Positions 8,531-18,139 of a stretch of DNA of 64,000 nucleotides are shown in pieces. The position numbers were made by a program, and so were the translations under genes. Source of the DNA: Bacteroides sp. (lineage in GTDB: Bacteria; Bacteroidota; Bacteroidia; Bacteroidales; SM23-62); the NCBI GenBank assembly GCA_011053095.1, contig DRHS01000002.1, positions 2,122 through 66,121 on the forward strand, in the 5' to 3' direction. The notes below the pieces were generated by a model. That model was not told where the DNA came from, made no database searches, and saw nothing but the letters and a program-made list of their open reading frames with translations. Numbering within the stretch: position 1 is the first letter of the stretch; each line of letters starts with the position of its first letter.

Positions 8531-9802
8531 TTAGAACAATGAATCTACGGATCTGTACTCATTCACTGCTTCCAGCATTGCAATGATGTTTTGTATTGGC
8601 ACATTGCTCTGAATATTATGTACAGGATTAAACACATATCCACCATCACCATTAAAAATTTCAATGTTTTTTCTCACTTCATTTTTTACTTCGGACGGCG
8701 TTCCAAACGGCAATGTTTTTTGTGTATCTATTCCCCCTCCCCAGAAAACAATATCTTGCCCAAATTCTTTTTTAAGCTGTACCGGATCCATCCCAGTTGC
8801 TGAAATCTGAACAGGATTTAATATATCCCATCCCGCCTCAATAAAATCAGGAATCAATTCAATAATAGCTCCACAGGAATGAGTAAATGTTTTCCAATTG
8901 GTTAGTTCATGAATTTTATCATTCAGTATTTTCTGATATGGCTTGAATAATTCACGGTAAGATTCGATAGAACTGAACAGTCCGGTTTGGGTTCCGAAAT
9001 CTGTGCCACTGAGAAATACTACCTGAACGCGGTCCCCCATAGCATCAGCTAAAAGTTCAATATTTTTCAGTGCAATTTCACATTGATTCTCAAATATTTT
9101 ATGGATATATTCCGGTCTTGTCAACAAGGACATATACCATTCCGTTATATCACGAACGCCTTTGGGGTTTTTTAACCAGGGAGCTGGTACTAGTGCTATA
9201 TCACCAAATGCCATGCCTGGTAATGTTGCATATATTCCAAGATCAGTCTCTTCAAATAATTTTTTAGATAATTGTTCATAGTATACAAGATCATCTGGCG
9301 ATAGTATCTCAAATTCTTCAAAATTATCAGAAGGATTTAAATTTAAGTCATCAATGGGTAGTTGTCTTGGTAGAGCGTCAAAGAAGAAACTATCCCTGGG
9401 CATTTTAGCACATGGGGGTAAAGTAGTATCACCTTCAGGATACATGTAGATTGCTTCTGTTTCATCCTTAGTGTAATTAAATTTTTCGGGAACCAGACAA
9501 TCAACGCCTCTCATTGAAAATGGTTTCCAGCCTTCATTCCTAAAACCGAACATATTACCCGGGGTAGAAATTCCTGTAACGTCCAATTGCAGAGCATTGA
9601 TTAGTTGGAGGTCAATTTCTCCAAGCATCTGATATGGTTCAATAACTTTAACCTTGTAGTCAGGGTCGGCGATAATTCTTTGTCTCAAATTATGAGCTGC
9701 CAAAATACCCATTCCTGTTTGAGCTCCAGCACCAAGGTCAACGCATAATTGATCTGGCATTCTATGGTTAATTGTTGCTAATAATCTCTCTCTTGAATTC
9801 AT
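8531..9802 (-). CDS. URO-D superfamily protein (uroporphyrinogen decarboxylase / MtaA-like fold), function unknown, not HemE
   Basis: 423 aa with no signal peptide. N-terminus MNSRERLLATINHRMPDQLCVD is shared in pattern with the three paralogues below. Central THSCG motif at nt 8870-8881. It lacks the HemE RQAGR motif. Its ATG (9802-9800) overlaps the upstream GH2 stop codon (9804-9802) by 1 nt. Confidence 0.75.
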   Translation of the reverse strand: MNSRERLLATINHRMPDQLCVDLGAGAQTGMGILAAHNLRQRIIADPDYKVKVIEPYQMLGEIDLQLINALQLDVTGISTPGNMFGFRNEGWKPFSMRGVDCLVPEKFNYTKDETEAIYMYPEGDTTLPPCAKMPRDSFFFDALPRQLPIDDLNLNPSDNFEEFEILSPDDLVYYEQLSKKLFEETDLGIYATLPGMAFGDIALVPAPWLKNPKGVRDITEWYMSLLTRPEYIHKIFENQCEIALKNIELLADAMGDRVQVVFLSGTDFGTQTGLFSSIESYRELFKPYQKILNDKIHELTNWKTFTHSCGAIIELIPDFIEAGWDILNPVQISATGMDPVQLKKEFGQDIVFWGGGIDTQKTLPFGTPSEVKNEVRKNIEIFNGDGGYVFNPVHNIQSNVPIQNIIAMLEAVNEYRSVDSLF

Positions 9803-12672
9803 TAATTAATTTTAGCATATAAAGTATGGTTGATGAGACTTGCATTATCGATGTCAATTACGAGTTTTGGGTCAAATCCTTCTGAATTCATATAATTCAG
9901 AATACTGCTGAGCATTTGTCTCGCCTCGGGACGATTTTCAAGATCCCGTGAAAGATCCATGCTGGAAACCATTAGCTTTCCTTCACCCATTTTTACTTCA
10001 TAAAGAATTCCAAGTCTGCGGGCTGTGTTCCAGTCATCAATAGGTTGAATAAGGGGACTTAAAGCCGGATCGAATTCATCAAGAATCATATTATTGGAAC
10101 GCATGGCAACATCCCACCATTGCCAGTTGCTATGATATTCGGTCGGGAATATTTCAAACACCGGATGAGCCGGATCACACAATAGTCCTAATGTATATGT
10201 CGGTTGAGAGGGGAAATAAAGCCTATTCCAGAAAATAGGTGCAAAACCGAAGGCTTTATCTATAGGAATAGAGTCCGGGTGGATCAACAGGAGGACCTTA
10301 CCTCCATCGGAAAGAATATCGTTGGATGTCTGGTCAAGTTTATGACATACCATAACCTCAGCTTTTTCCAATGATGGATCAGCCGGATAAATCCAGAGAT
10401 TCCAGGAATTCATGAAATCTGTCCCTTTGAGGATGAATTCTAATTTCAATTGCGAAGGTGCCGGAAGATCTGATGTCTCGATCTCAAAATTACCGGTAGA
10501 ATTCTCATTTCCAATTTGAATATCGAATGGTCCAAGTTCTCCATTTTCAATTTCAGTTCCGTCCATTGTGCTCAGGGTCCATCCAATAAGTGCATTTTCA
10601 ATTGGTTCAGGACCGAAATGAGATACTTCCGCAGATATCTCAATGGTGTCTCCTTTAACCCATGTCATTTTACTAACCCTCATGAGAGGAACGGTCACAT
10701 TGCAGAAATGTCTGAATTCTTCAGGAGAGATATATCCTTTTTCATCCCAAAATGCGTCCAAAATACCTACTGTAGCAGTACCCTGTCCCGGGAAATCATG
10801 AATGTCCAGAAGTTGAAATCCGGCATGCCCAGGAGTTCTTAGAACTGCTTCAATTTCTTCCTTATACAAAATCGATTGAAATCTACCAGAAGCCATAAAC
10901 ATGTCTTTCCACTGCTCACCCATATGATTTTCTTCGAGAAAATCACGGGCTATCTCAAAATTATAGGCCCTGGTTACACCGGTATATTTATTGATCTCGG
11001 CGAAGTTTGGGTATACAACCCACTGACCAATCTCGTGGCTTATTACCGGTCCGTCAAATAAGGTATCCAGATCTGCATAGTCAACTCTCATATCCAATTG
11101 CGCGGCATCCAGCCGGCTGGTATACTGGCTTAGCCAGTTGAATATCCGTGGTTCCTGCCGAACATGAAAATCACTTTCCTCAAGATATGGCCAGCCGGAC
11201 CCACTTGTATATAGCCGCCTTTCATCCTGGGATTTCCAATAATGCAAAATGTCTCTCAAGACTGAATCACGTTTATGAGTCTCCGTTCTGGGCCAGATTT
11301 CATTTCCGACACAAAGCATTGTAAAAGACGGATGATTCCCATACTCCCTGAGTATCCGGTCTCCTTCAGCATAAATAAAATCATTCAATTGTTCATCCTC
11401 TCCCAGGTAAGGCCAGACCGGAGCCTCAACCTGAAGCATGAAACCCTCCTCATCGGCTGCTGTGAATGCTGCTTCGGGTGGACACCAGGAATGAAACCTC
11501 AAATGGTTGAGTCCATGGGCTTTTGCCTGTAGATAAATTTTCCTCCATCCTTCAACATCCATATGCGGATATCCCGTAAGTGGAAATATGGCGCATTCCA
11601 AAGATCCCCTAAGGAAGGTTTTTCTTCCGTTCATAGTAAACTGGCTTCCTTCAATACCAATCTCCCTAAGTCCAAAATCACGATGAACCCTATCCTGGAA
11701 TTCTTCCGCCTCAATAGACACGTTCAGTCTGTAAACATTTGGATTGAACTCATCCCATAAGACTGCTTTGTCTCCCATATCGTATTCTAACCTTATTAAA
11801 GATTCACCTTTTAGAAAAGTTTGTTTGCGTGTAAGGGGTTTAACCGTGTTATTTACGGGACTTTCCTTAGTTGTAAAGGCCTCAAGCTTTACATTTCCGG
11901 AAAGCGCACCACCACTGTAATTTTGAACTTTAATTATTGTATTGACCTTTTTTTCCGCAACATCCGGATATACTTGCACGTCCACAATATGAAGGGGGTC
12001 ACGGACCTCAAGCTGAAGTTTGCCAATCAGACCATTCCAGTTTGTCTGTGTATGGTCTGAAACCGAATGTGCGTTTTTGCTGACATTTATTTTGTAGCGG
12101 TTATCTACACTGATGGTGATTTTATGCTTCCCCGGACTTAACCACTTACTCAAATCATAGCAATGAGGTGCACAAAGACTGTTCCGGCTACCTGTATAAT
12201 GATTGTCCACCCATACTCTGGTTTCCCAATGAGCCCTCTCAAGAAGAAGCTGTACACGTTTAGCATCCCAATTGTCGGGTATAACCACTTCCTTCTGAAA
12301 CCATGCCACTCCGGTAAATTTCTTAGTCTGGGTCAACCAAATTGGCATCTTAATCTCTCCGGGTTGTCTGTAACGAGCGTAGCGTTCATCGGTATAGAAG
12401 GAAATATCTGAAACCTTACCAAACCATTCGGTATCCTCAGTTATTTCATTACCATATCCATATTCAACTGTGGAGCCGGGGAGGATAATCTCATTTTCAA
12501 ATTTCTGCCCGTACCATTCTTCGGTATTTCCGACCAGATCAGGATCCAGCCTGATATTCCAGGTACCTTGCAGATCCAGTAATTCTCTTTCTGGTATTTC
12601 TGAACATGAAAGAAACAGAAAAACAGGTACAACTAGAACCAGGTATCTTAATATCAGCTTAGGGAAATACAT
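9802..12672 (-). CDS. glycoside hydrolase family 2-like lipoprotein (canonical catalytic motifs)
   Basis: GH2 sugar-binding domain pattern (VVIPDNWDAKRVQLLLERAHWETRVWVDNHYTG...CYDLSKWLSPGKHKITISV). TIM-barrel motifs are GLNHLRFHSW, the acid/base-type motif GNHPSFTMLCVGNEIW and the nucleophile-type motif PVISHEIGQW. The track start at 12684 is a TTG. The ATG at 12672 gives MYFPKLILRYLVLVVPVFLFLSC, a lipoprotein signal. Confidence 0.8.
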   Translation of the reverse strand: MYFPKLILRYLVLVVPVFLFLSCSEIPERELLDLQGTWNIRLDPDLVGNTEEWYGQKFENEIILPGSTVEYGYGNEITEDTEWFGKVSDISFYTDERYARYRQPGEIKMPIWLTQTKKFTGVAWFQKEVVIPDNWDAKRVQLLLERAHWETRVWVDNHYTGSRNSLCAPHCYDLSKWLSPGKHKITISVDNRYKINVSKNAHSVSDHTQTNWNGLIGKLQLEVRDPLHIVDVQVYPDVAEKKVNTIIKVQNYSGGALSGNVKLEAFTTKESPVNNTVKPLTRKQTFLKGESLIRLEYDMGDKAVLWDEFNPNVYRLNVSIEAEEFQDRVHRDFGLREIGIEGSQFTMNGRKTFLRGSLECAIFPLTGYPHMDVEGWRKIYLQAKAHGLNHLRFHSWCPPEAAFTAADEEGFMLQVEAPVWPYLGEDEQLNDFIYAEGDRILREYGNHPSFTMLCVGNEIWPRTETHKRDSVLRDILHYWKSQDERRLYTSGSGWPYLEESDFHVRQEPRIFNWLSQYTSRLDAAQLDMRVDYADLDTLFDGPVISHEIGQWVVYPNFAEINKYTGVTRAYNFEIARDFLEENHMGEQWKDMFMASGRFQSILYKEEIEAVLRTPGHAGFQLLDIHDFPGQGTATVGILDAFWDEKGYISPEEFRHFCNVTVPLMRVSKMTWVKGDTIEISAEVSHFGPEPIENALIGWTLSTMDGTEIENGELGPFDIQIGNENSTGNFEIETSDLPAPSQLKLEFILKGTDFMNSWNLWIYPADPSLEKAEVMVCHKLDQTSNDILSDGGKVLLLIHPDSIPIDKAFGFAPIFWNRLYFPSQPTYTLGLLCDPAHPVFEIFPTEYHSNWQWWDVAMRSNNMILDEFDPALSPLIQPIDDWNTARRLGILYEVKMGEGKLMVSSMDLSRDLENRPEARQMLSSILNYMNSEGFDPKLVIDIDNASLINHTLYAKIN

Positions 12673-12795
12673 AATGTTGAACAAGGAATTAGATTTAATA
12701 TCTGATTTGTAACAAATATAAATGTATATGACAAGTCAGATTAGGATAGATTTACCATGTATTATGTTAAATCGGGCGAATTGTATAATATGCCT

Positions 12796-15700
12796 TTATT
12801 CAATGATCGATAGTTTGGCGAATTCATTCTTATATCCATAGTCTACTGAAATTATATAGAAGCCTCTCTTCAGCTGGGATGTATTAAGAATTACTTGCTC
12901 AGAGGTAACTTTTTTATTTATCAGGATCTTTCCGGTCATATCTATAAGGCTGACACCTACGGCTGATTCTCCGACAAATTCAACAATTGCCCTATCCGTC
13001 GCGGGATTGGGATAAAGTTTGAAGGAGGGTTTTTCCAGCAGGTCTTTTTCCTCTCTGTCGATAACAGCAGTAGTATTGGTAAGCTCTCCCACCAGTGTAA
13101 CAATTGAAAATCCTGGCATCAGGAAGGGTGCACTTGCATCTGCTTCCCCATAAGCCTTGAGATTCTCCTCTTCTGATGTTACATAGGGAATTAACTTGTC
13201 CAATGTCAGATGTGAAGGCAGAGTACTCAGATCGAAGCTGATATTCTGGGGATTTTTATCATAGTTGATTGCAACGATGATAATTTTCGTTGAATCTTTG
13301 TCCATATATGCAGAAAGGAACTGTTCGTAAGCAGCACCAACGGTACTTGCGCCATCAGAACGTTCCACTTCAAAACGCTGGGATCCGGGTCGGACGAAAC
13401 GGCTGTAATTTCCAAGTGTCCAAAGGGTCCTGGTGACCCAGAAGCTTCCATCGGTATGCGTTGCGTCATCCGGATCCGGATAAAAGTTCATCAGGCCAAA
13501 GCGGTATTCGTGGGTCTGGTAGACCGCATTAACAAGACTTGTCCACCAGTCCCATCCAGTGGCGTTTCCTTCAGTCAGGTCGATATGGATAATTCTTGCT
13601 GTCCACAGGGAATATTCAATGGGTGTCACATTATCCCTTCCTTCCTCGTAATCAGCTCCAAGCAGGCTGTATTCTGTCTGCCAGAAAGACAATGATGAAT
13701 CAAGGGAATTGATCTTGTTCAGTAACTTTTGCCTATGACTGACGGCAGTGGAAACATCCGGATTGGACCAGTAAGAGTGGCCGGCAACGTATTTTGACAT
13801 ACTGGGAAGATCGCCTACATAATCCTGGCTGGCTGGATTCCAGAAGGCATTTATCTGGTCTGAAGTGGCCGGATCACCCAGATTAGTTGAGTGAAGCACC
13901 TGTAGATGCCCAGCCTCGGGGATCAGGATCTTTGAATTGACACCATGCTCGGTAAATTTTGCATCAATGGCCCTTGCAAGATTTGCAATTTCACTATTTG
14001 TTGCATAGGATCCGGATTGTACTGCACCACCATGTGCATACGACCATGCCCACTGAGGCTCATTAACCGGGCTTATAACTTCAAAAGGAGTGCCGTTATC
14101 CTGGAAATGTCTGGCAATTTTGGCAAGGTATTCTGCGTAGTCAACATACTTGTCGCCTGCCAGGTTATACCCAATGGTAGTATCGTGGGCAAAAGAATAA
14201 CCATTTTTGGTCATATGATAGGGCGGGGTTGTAGCCCATCCCGTCAGATATTCCACTCCTGCATTTAAAGCCCAATCCCTGAACCAGTCCGAACCTGGCT
14301 GTTTTGTAAAATCATAGGATCCATCTGCGAGCATAAAGCTCGGTGTTTCTTGCAGCCATGCACTGGAATGAAAACCGGAATCGTCCATATATGCCGATCC
14401 GTCCCCGATATGGTATCTCCAGTTGGATAGTCCAATTCCTTTGGGGCTCCCATCGGGATACATTTCCTGGCTGAACAGGAGCATTGCTATTGAATCACGC
14501 TTGACATCCGGCCATTTGGCAATCCACTGGGTAACCTCTCCGTCAGAGGCTCCGAAATGATGAATTTTCTGCCTGGGTTCATCAAATTTTACCGTGAATG
14601 TCATGTCCTCTGTAGCCACTATTTTGGCTGAATTTCTGCCGGATACATTTCCCTGCTGGTCCTTAGCCCTGACAGACAAATTGTATTCAGAGGAGGAAAG
14701 AAGTCTCAGCTTCATGGCCTCCAAATCGGAAACTGCAATAATTCTCTCACCATCATATATATCATAGGAGCTTACCGCAATATTATCACTTGAAGCAGTC
14801 CATGCAATGATTGCTGATTTAGCATCCACCTTGCCGACAAGCAGTTCGCCAGGATCTGTTGGTGCAACGGTATCGGTCTTCTCATATTCAGTATCCGGAT
14901 TAAATCCCCAGTCCGATGTGAAGATGAACTTGTCTACTTTGACATTTGCTGCACCGGGCGCAATGTTTATGGAATGATAACCCGGGGCCAATGACGGCGA
15001 TTTGTACAGGTTCAACCATTGCCAGCCTTGTGTCATGTGTACGCTGTCAAGCGCTGAATAAGTATCCTGATTGTCTGCCTTTACAAAGAATGGTGTTGCA
15101 ATATCGGCATCAATATTCATGTATGCCCATAGGCTGTAGGTACCTCCTCCGTCAACATATCCATAAAGAACTGATTCATCATCCATAGCTATCTCAGCAG
15201 AAGCTCCATTCCAGAAACCGTATGTGGTATCACCGTCTGATGCAGTACTCCAGTCTCCAAATGTATAGTCCTCCAGTTCAAATACATAAGGGTCAGTATT
15301 GGGACGAATAGGAGAGGTGTCATTTGCAATTGCAAAAATCTGTTCCCCTGTAAGGATCTCTTCCCATATAGCAATGTCATCGTACTTTCCATTTATGGTT
15401 CTGTAGACCCTTCCTTCCTCAATACTGGTACCGAAATAGAATTTCACAAGGTCCATTTCTGAAAGCAAAGATTCCGTAGACCCTGCAAAAGACCGTGCCC
15501 CGTCCAGATATCCTATAACATCACCTTCATTGTAGGTGAATGCCAGGTGTACCCATTTATCAGATGGTAAGGGATTAACATCTTCTATGACCGTCCAGGG
15601 TGGATTGGTTACCAGTCCATAGTTACTTCCTGCCCTTGGAGAAAGATAAAAATGTGAGGTTCCATCGGTATTGTCCCACTCAAATATTTCCTGCCACCAT

Positions 15701-16674
15701 TCTTCAAACTCCGAATCCCAGTAGAACCATGTTGAAAATGTAAAGACATCTTCCGTAACCATGGGTTGTTGTGCAAGCATGTAGGCCGTATCAAGGTGAT
15801 GCATGACAGCCACAGTTCCACCACGTTCAGGAACCCTTTCAAAGCTTATATTTTTCAGGTCCAGCATATTGTCTCCTATGGAATCATTCCCGTTCCCGTC
15901 AAGCGGGAACCAGACAGTTGCTTTGGAGTACAGAGTTGCCTTGTCAATAACCTTAAGAGGTTTATTCTCCTTTGACAATTCTTTGACAGTTGCAGCATCC
16001 AGCGCCTTATGAAAGAATTTCAGGTCATCCATTTTCCCATCATGTGGAAAATTCCTTGCCAGGTCACCACCACCGCCATTAAGGAAAAAGAAGGTGTCGA
16101 CTGCAACTTCGCTGGGAAGGTTCTGGACAGATCCTTCTGCATACATCTCACCATCCAGATAGACTGTCATGAATGTATCCTTTTGGGTAAGAGCAATATG
16201 GTGCCATTTTAAGTCAGGCAGCTCTGGTTCGGCGGTGATCCATTCCCATGCGTCCCCGTAGAAGATTACCCCGTAATTAATTCCCCAGAGGTTGGGTGAC
16301 ATATAGATGTATTTTCCTTCCATAGGATGCCCGGCCTTAGTATTGTTAAACTCAAAAATCTGCTTCCAGTCCCCCTGTGTACCCTCATAAAAATACCAGC
16401 AGGAGACTGTATACTCATCCTGACCTGGAGGCATCATGGCTGACATGGCATACATGTATCCCGCAGAATCTTTTGCCACCTCGGCAACATAGCCCTTCAG
16501 AGAATCCCAGACTACATTCACATCAACCATTCCAAGATTGACATTACCCATACTGTCAACACCACTTTCTTCGAAAGCATAATAGGCAAACAGACTGTCA
16601 GCACCCTGGGCGTTGATCAGGTTCATACCTGCTGTTAGCAGGTATAATAGAATGAGAGTAAAGAATCGGTTCAT
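12796..16674 (-). CDS. secreted multidomain glycanase: 2 LamG-like (Laminin_G_3) modules + CBM-like module + FN3 + GH30-like catalytic domain + T9SS C-terminal sorting domain
   Basis: - Signal peptide: MNRFFTLILLYLLTAGMNLINAQ.
- LamG_3-type terminal strands: KMDDLKFFHKALDAATVKEL and KYDDIAIWEEILTGEQIFAI.
- FN3: AIIAWTASSDNIAVSSYDIY...YNLSVRAKDQQGNVS.
- GH30-type motifs: HHFGASD, SPVNEPQW, FWQTEYS.
- C-terminal KLYPNPATDRAIVEF...FYIISV matches type-A T9SS CTDs. Confidence 0.85.
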   Translation of the reverse strand: MNRFFTLILLYLLTAGMNLINAQGADSLFAYYAFEESGVDSMGNVNLGMVDVNVVWDSLKGYVAEVAKDSAGYMYAMSAMMPPGQDEYTVSCWYFYEGTQGDWKQIFEFNNTKAGHPMEGKYIYMSPNLWGINYGVIFYGDAWEWITAEPELPDLKWHHIALTQKDTFMTVYLDGEMYAEGSVQNLPSEVAVDTFFFLNGGGGDLARNFPHDGKMDDLKFFHKALDAATVKELSKENKPLKVIDKATLYSKATVWFPLDGNGNDSIGDNMLDLKNISFERVPERGGTVAVMHHLDTAYMLAQQPMVTEDVFTFSTWFYWDSEFEEWWQEIFEWDNTDGTSHFYLSPRAGSNYGLVTNPPWTVIEDVNPLPSDKWVHLAFTYNEGDVIGYLDGARSFAGSTESLLSEMDLVKFYFGTSIEEGRVYRTINGKYDDIAIWEEILTGEQIFAIANDTSPIRPNTDPYVFELEDYTFGDWSTASDGDTTYGFWNGASAEIAMDDESVLYGYVDGGGTYSLWAYMNIDADIATPFFVKADNQDTYSALDSVHMTQGWQWLNLYKSPSLAPGYHSINIAPGAANVKVDKFIFTSDWGFNPDTEYEKTDTVAPTDPGELLVGKVDAKSAIIAWTASSDNIAVSSYDIYDGERIIAVSDLEAMKLRLLSSSEYNLSVRAKDQQGNVSGRNSAKIVATEDMTFTVKFDEPRQKIHHFGASDGEVTQWIAKWPDVKRDSIAMLLFSQEMYPDGSPKGIGLSNWRYHIGDGSAYMDDSGFHSSAWLQETPSFMLADGSYDFTKQPGSDWFRDWALNAGVEYLTGWATTPPYHMTKNGYSFAHDTTIGYNLAGDKYVDYAEYLAKIARHFQDNGTPFEVISPVNEPQWAWSYAHGGAVQSGSYATNSEIANLARAIDAKFTEHGVNSKILIPEAGHLQVLHSTNLGDPATSDQINAFWNPASQDYVGDLPSMSKYVAGHSYWSNPDVSTAVSHRQKLLNKINSLDSSLSFWQTEYSLLGADYEEGRDNVTPIEYSLWTARIIHIDLTEGNATGWDWWTSLVNAVYQTHEYRFGLMNFYPDPDDATHTDGSFWVTRTLWTLGNYSRFVRPGSQRFEVERSDGASTVGAAYEQFLSAYMDKDSTKIIIVAINYDKNPQNISFDLSTLPSHLTLDKLIPYVTSEEENLKAYGEADASAPFLMPGFSIVTLVGELTNTTAVIDREEKDLLEKPSFKLYPNPATDRAIVEFVGESAVGVSLIDMTGKILINKKVTSEQVILNTSQLKRGFYIISVDYGYKNEFAKLSIIE

Positions 16675-16744
16675 AAGTTTAAGTTTTTGAGATTTATTTA
16701 ATGGATTTGAATTATTTAGTAAATGCCGGGTTAAGTATATATTA

Positions 16745-18139
16745 TTAACCTATCAATTCTTTTTCTATGGTTTCGAGTGATTTTTGCTTTGTTTCGATTA
16801 GTCTTGATCGTATAAAGATGAATCCTGCTACACAAACTAATCCGAATATCCAGAAAGAACCCGATGCTCCCAGGGCTTTGTTCAGGAAAGGAAAAGTATA
16901 TACGAGTATAAAACTTGCTGCCCAAAGTGAGACAGTAGCAACTGCCAGTGCAGCGCCGCGGACCCGATTCGGGAATATTTCGGATAAAACCACCCAGGTA
17001 ATTGGTGCAATTGACATTGCATAACATGCAATTGCGAGCAATACAACAATCAGTACTGGTAATCCATGGAATTCAAAATAATAAAAGGCTCCCATGACGG
17101 CATAAATGCCTGCAAGTCCAGCAGATCCAATCATCATCAGTGCTTTACGGCCAATCTTATCAACTGTATATATGGCCACAAAGGTAAATACCAGGTTGAC
17201 GCTGCCGGTGACTACAATATTGAATAGGATGTCTGAGACTCCATAGCCAGCAGCTGAAAAAATTTCCTCGGCATAATTGAATATAATGTTGATTCCGCAC
17301 CATTGCTGGAAGGCTGCAAGCACAATCCCAATTATTAAAACCTTTGACATACCACCCGAGAACAATGCTTTGAAGCTGACACCACCGGTATTGGCTTTAA
17401 GTGAATTCTCGATTTCGACGATCTCCCGTTCGGCATATTCTTTGCCTCCCAAACGCTTCAATATGGAAAGTACACGATCATATTTATTTCGTGTGGCAAG
17501 CCAGCGTGGACTTTCGGGGACGAACCACATAAGGGTAAAGAAAAGTGAAGCTGGAACAAGTTCTGCCCAGAACATCCACCTCCAGCCGCTTTGTCCATTC
17601 CATGATTGAAGTATATCAGCAGCATTTGCAGTTTCTGGAACAGGCTCTGCAATCAACCAGTTAACAATCTGTGCTGCCAGTATCCCGATTACAATGGTTA
17701 GCTGGTTTATGGAGACAAAACCTCCCCTGAATCGTGCAGGAGTTACTTCAGCTATGTACATTGGTGATAGATTGGAGGCCAGGCCAATGCCTATACCACC
17801 TAATATCCTGAATATGACAAAGGAGTTAAAATGATTGGATGCACCAGTTCCCAGAGCAGACAGGATAAATAAAAATGCTGCCAGGATTAACAGCCTTTTT
17901 CTTCCATATCGGTCGCTGAGAAATCCGGATAATATGGCGCCAAGAAGGCAACCTGTAAGGGCACAACTCATGGCCCAACCCTGCAACCTGGGAAGGTCAG
18001 CAATCTCAAAGAATTTCTCATAAAAGGGTTTCGCTCCCCCGATCACCACCCAGTCATAGCCAAACAGTAACCCACCCATGGCTGAAACAAGAGAAATACC
18101 AAAAATATATCGGTAGTTAAATTTATTTTGTAGTTCCAT
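16745..18139 (-). CDS. MFS sugar porter (sugar:H+ symporter, XylE/GalP-like)
   Basis: 464 aa. Motifs: GGLLFGYD, GRKRLL, PESPRWL, and the C-terminal PETKQKSLETIE (PETKG-type) motif. Twelve hydrophobic segments. Its start overlaps the upstream GH30 gene by 17 nt. Confidence 0.9.
   Translation of the reverse strand: MELQNKFNYRYIFGISLVSAMGGLLFGYDWVVIGGAKPFYEKFFEIADLPRLQGWAMSCALTGCLLGAILSGFLSDRYGRKRLLILAAFLFILSALGTGASNHFNSFVIFRILGGIGIGLASNLSPMYIAEVTPARFRGGFVSINQLTIVIGILAAQIVNWLIAEPVPETANAADILQSWNGQSGWRWMFWAELVPASLFFTLMWFVPESPRWLATRNKYDRVLSILKRLGGKEYAEREIVEIENSLKANTGGVSFKALFSGGMSKVLIIGIVLAAFQQWCGINIIFNYAEEIFSAAGYGVSDILFNIVVTGSVNLVFTFVAIYTVDKIGRKALMMIGSAGLAGIYAVMGAFYYFEFHGLPVLIVVLLAIACYAMSIAPITWVVLSEIFPNRVRGAALAVATVSLWAASFILVYTFPFLNKALGASGSFWIFGLVCVAGFIFIRSRLIETKQKSLETIEKELIG

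Noticed and set aside
8531-9802. Reading the URO-D-like genes as hemE (haem biosynthesis).
   Set aside because: All four copies lack the RQAGR substrate-binding motif of HemE. There are four divergent copies, no other haem gene is nearby, and all sit within sugar-utilisation operons.
7550-9802. folD adjacency to a URO-D-like gene as evidence for methyl transfer to tetrahydrofolate.
   Set aside because: It is tempting, but folD is a housekeeping gene with its own 99-nt upstream region. No metF, corrinoid or other C1 genes are present. I treat it as coincidence unless synteny analysis says otherwise.
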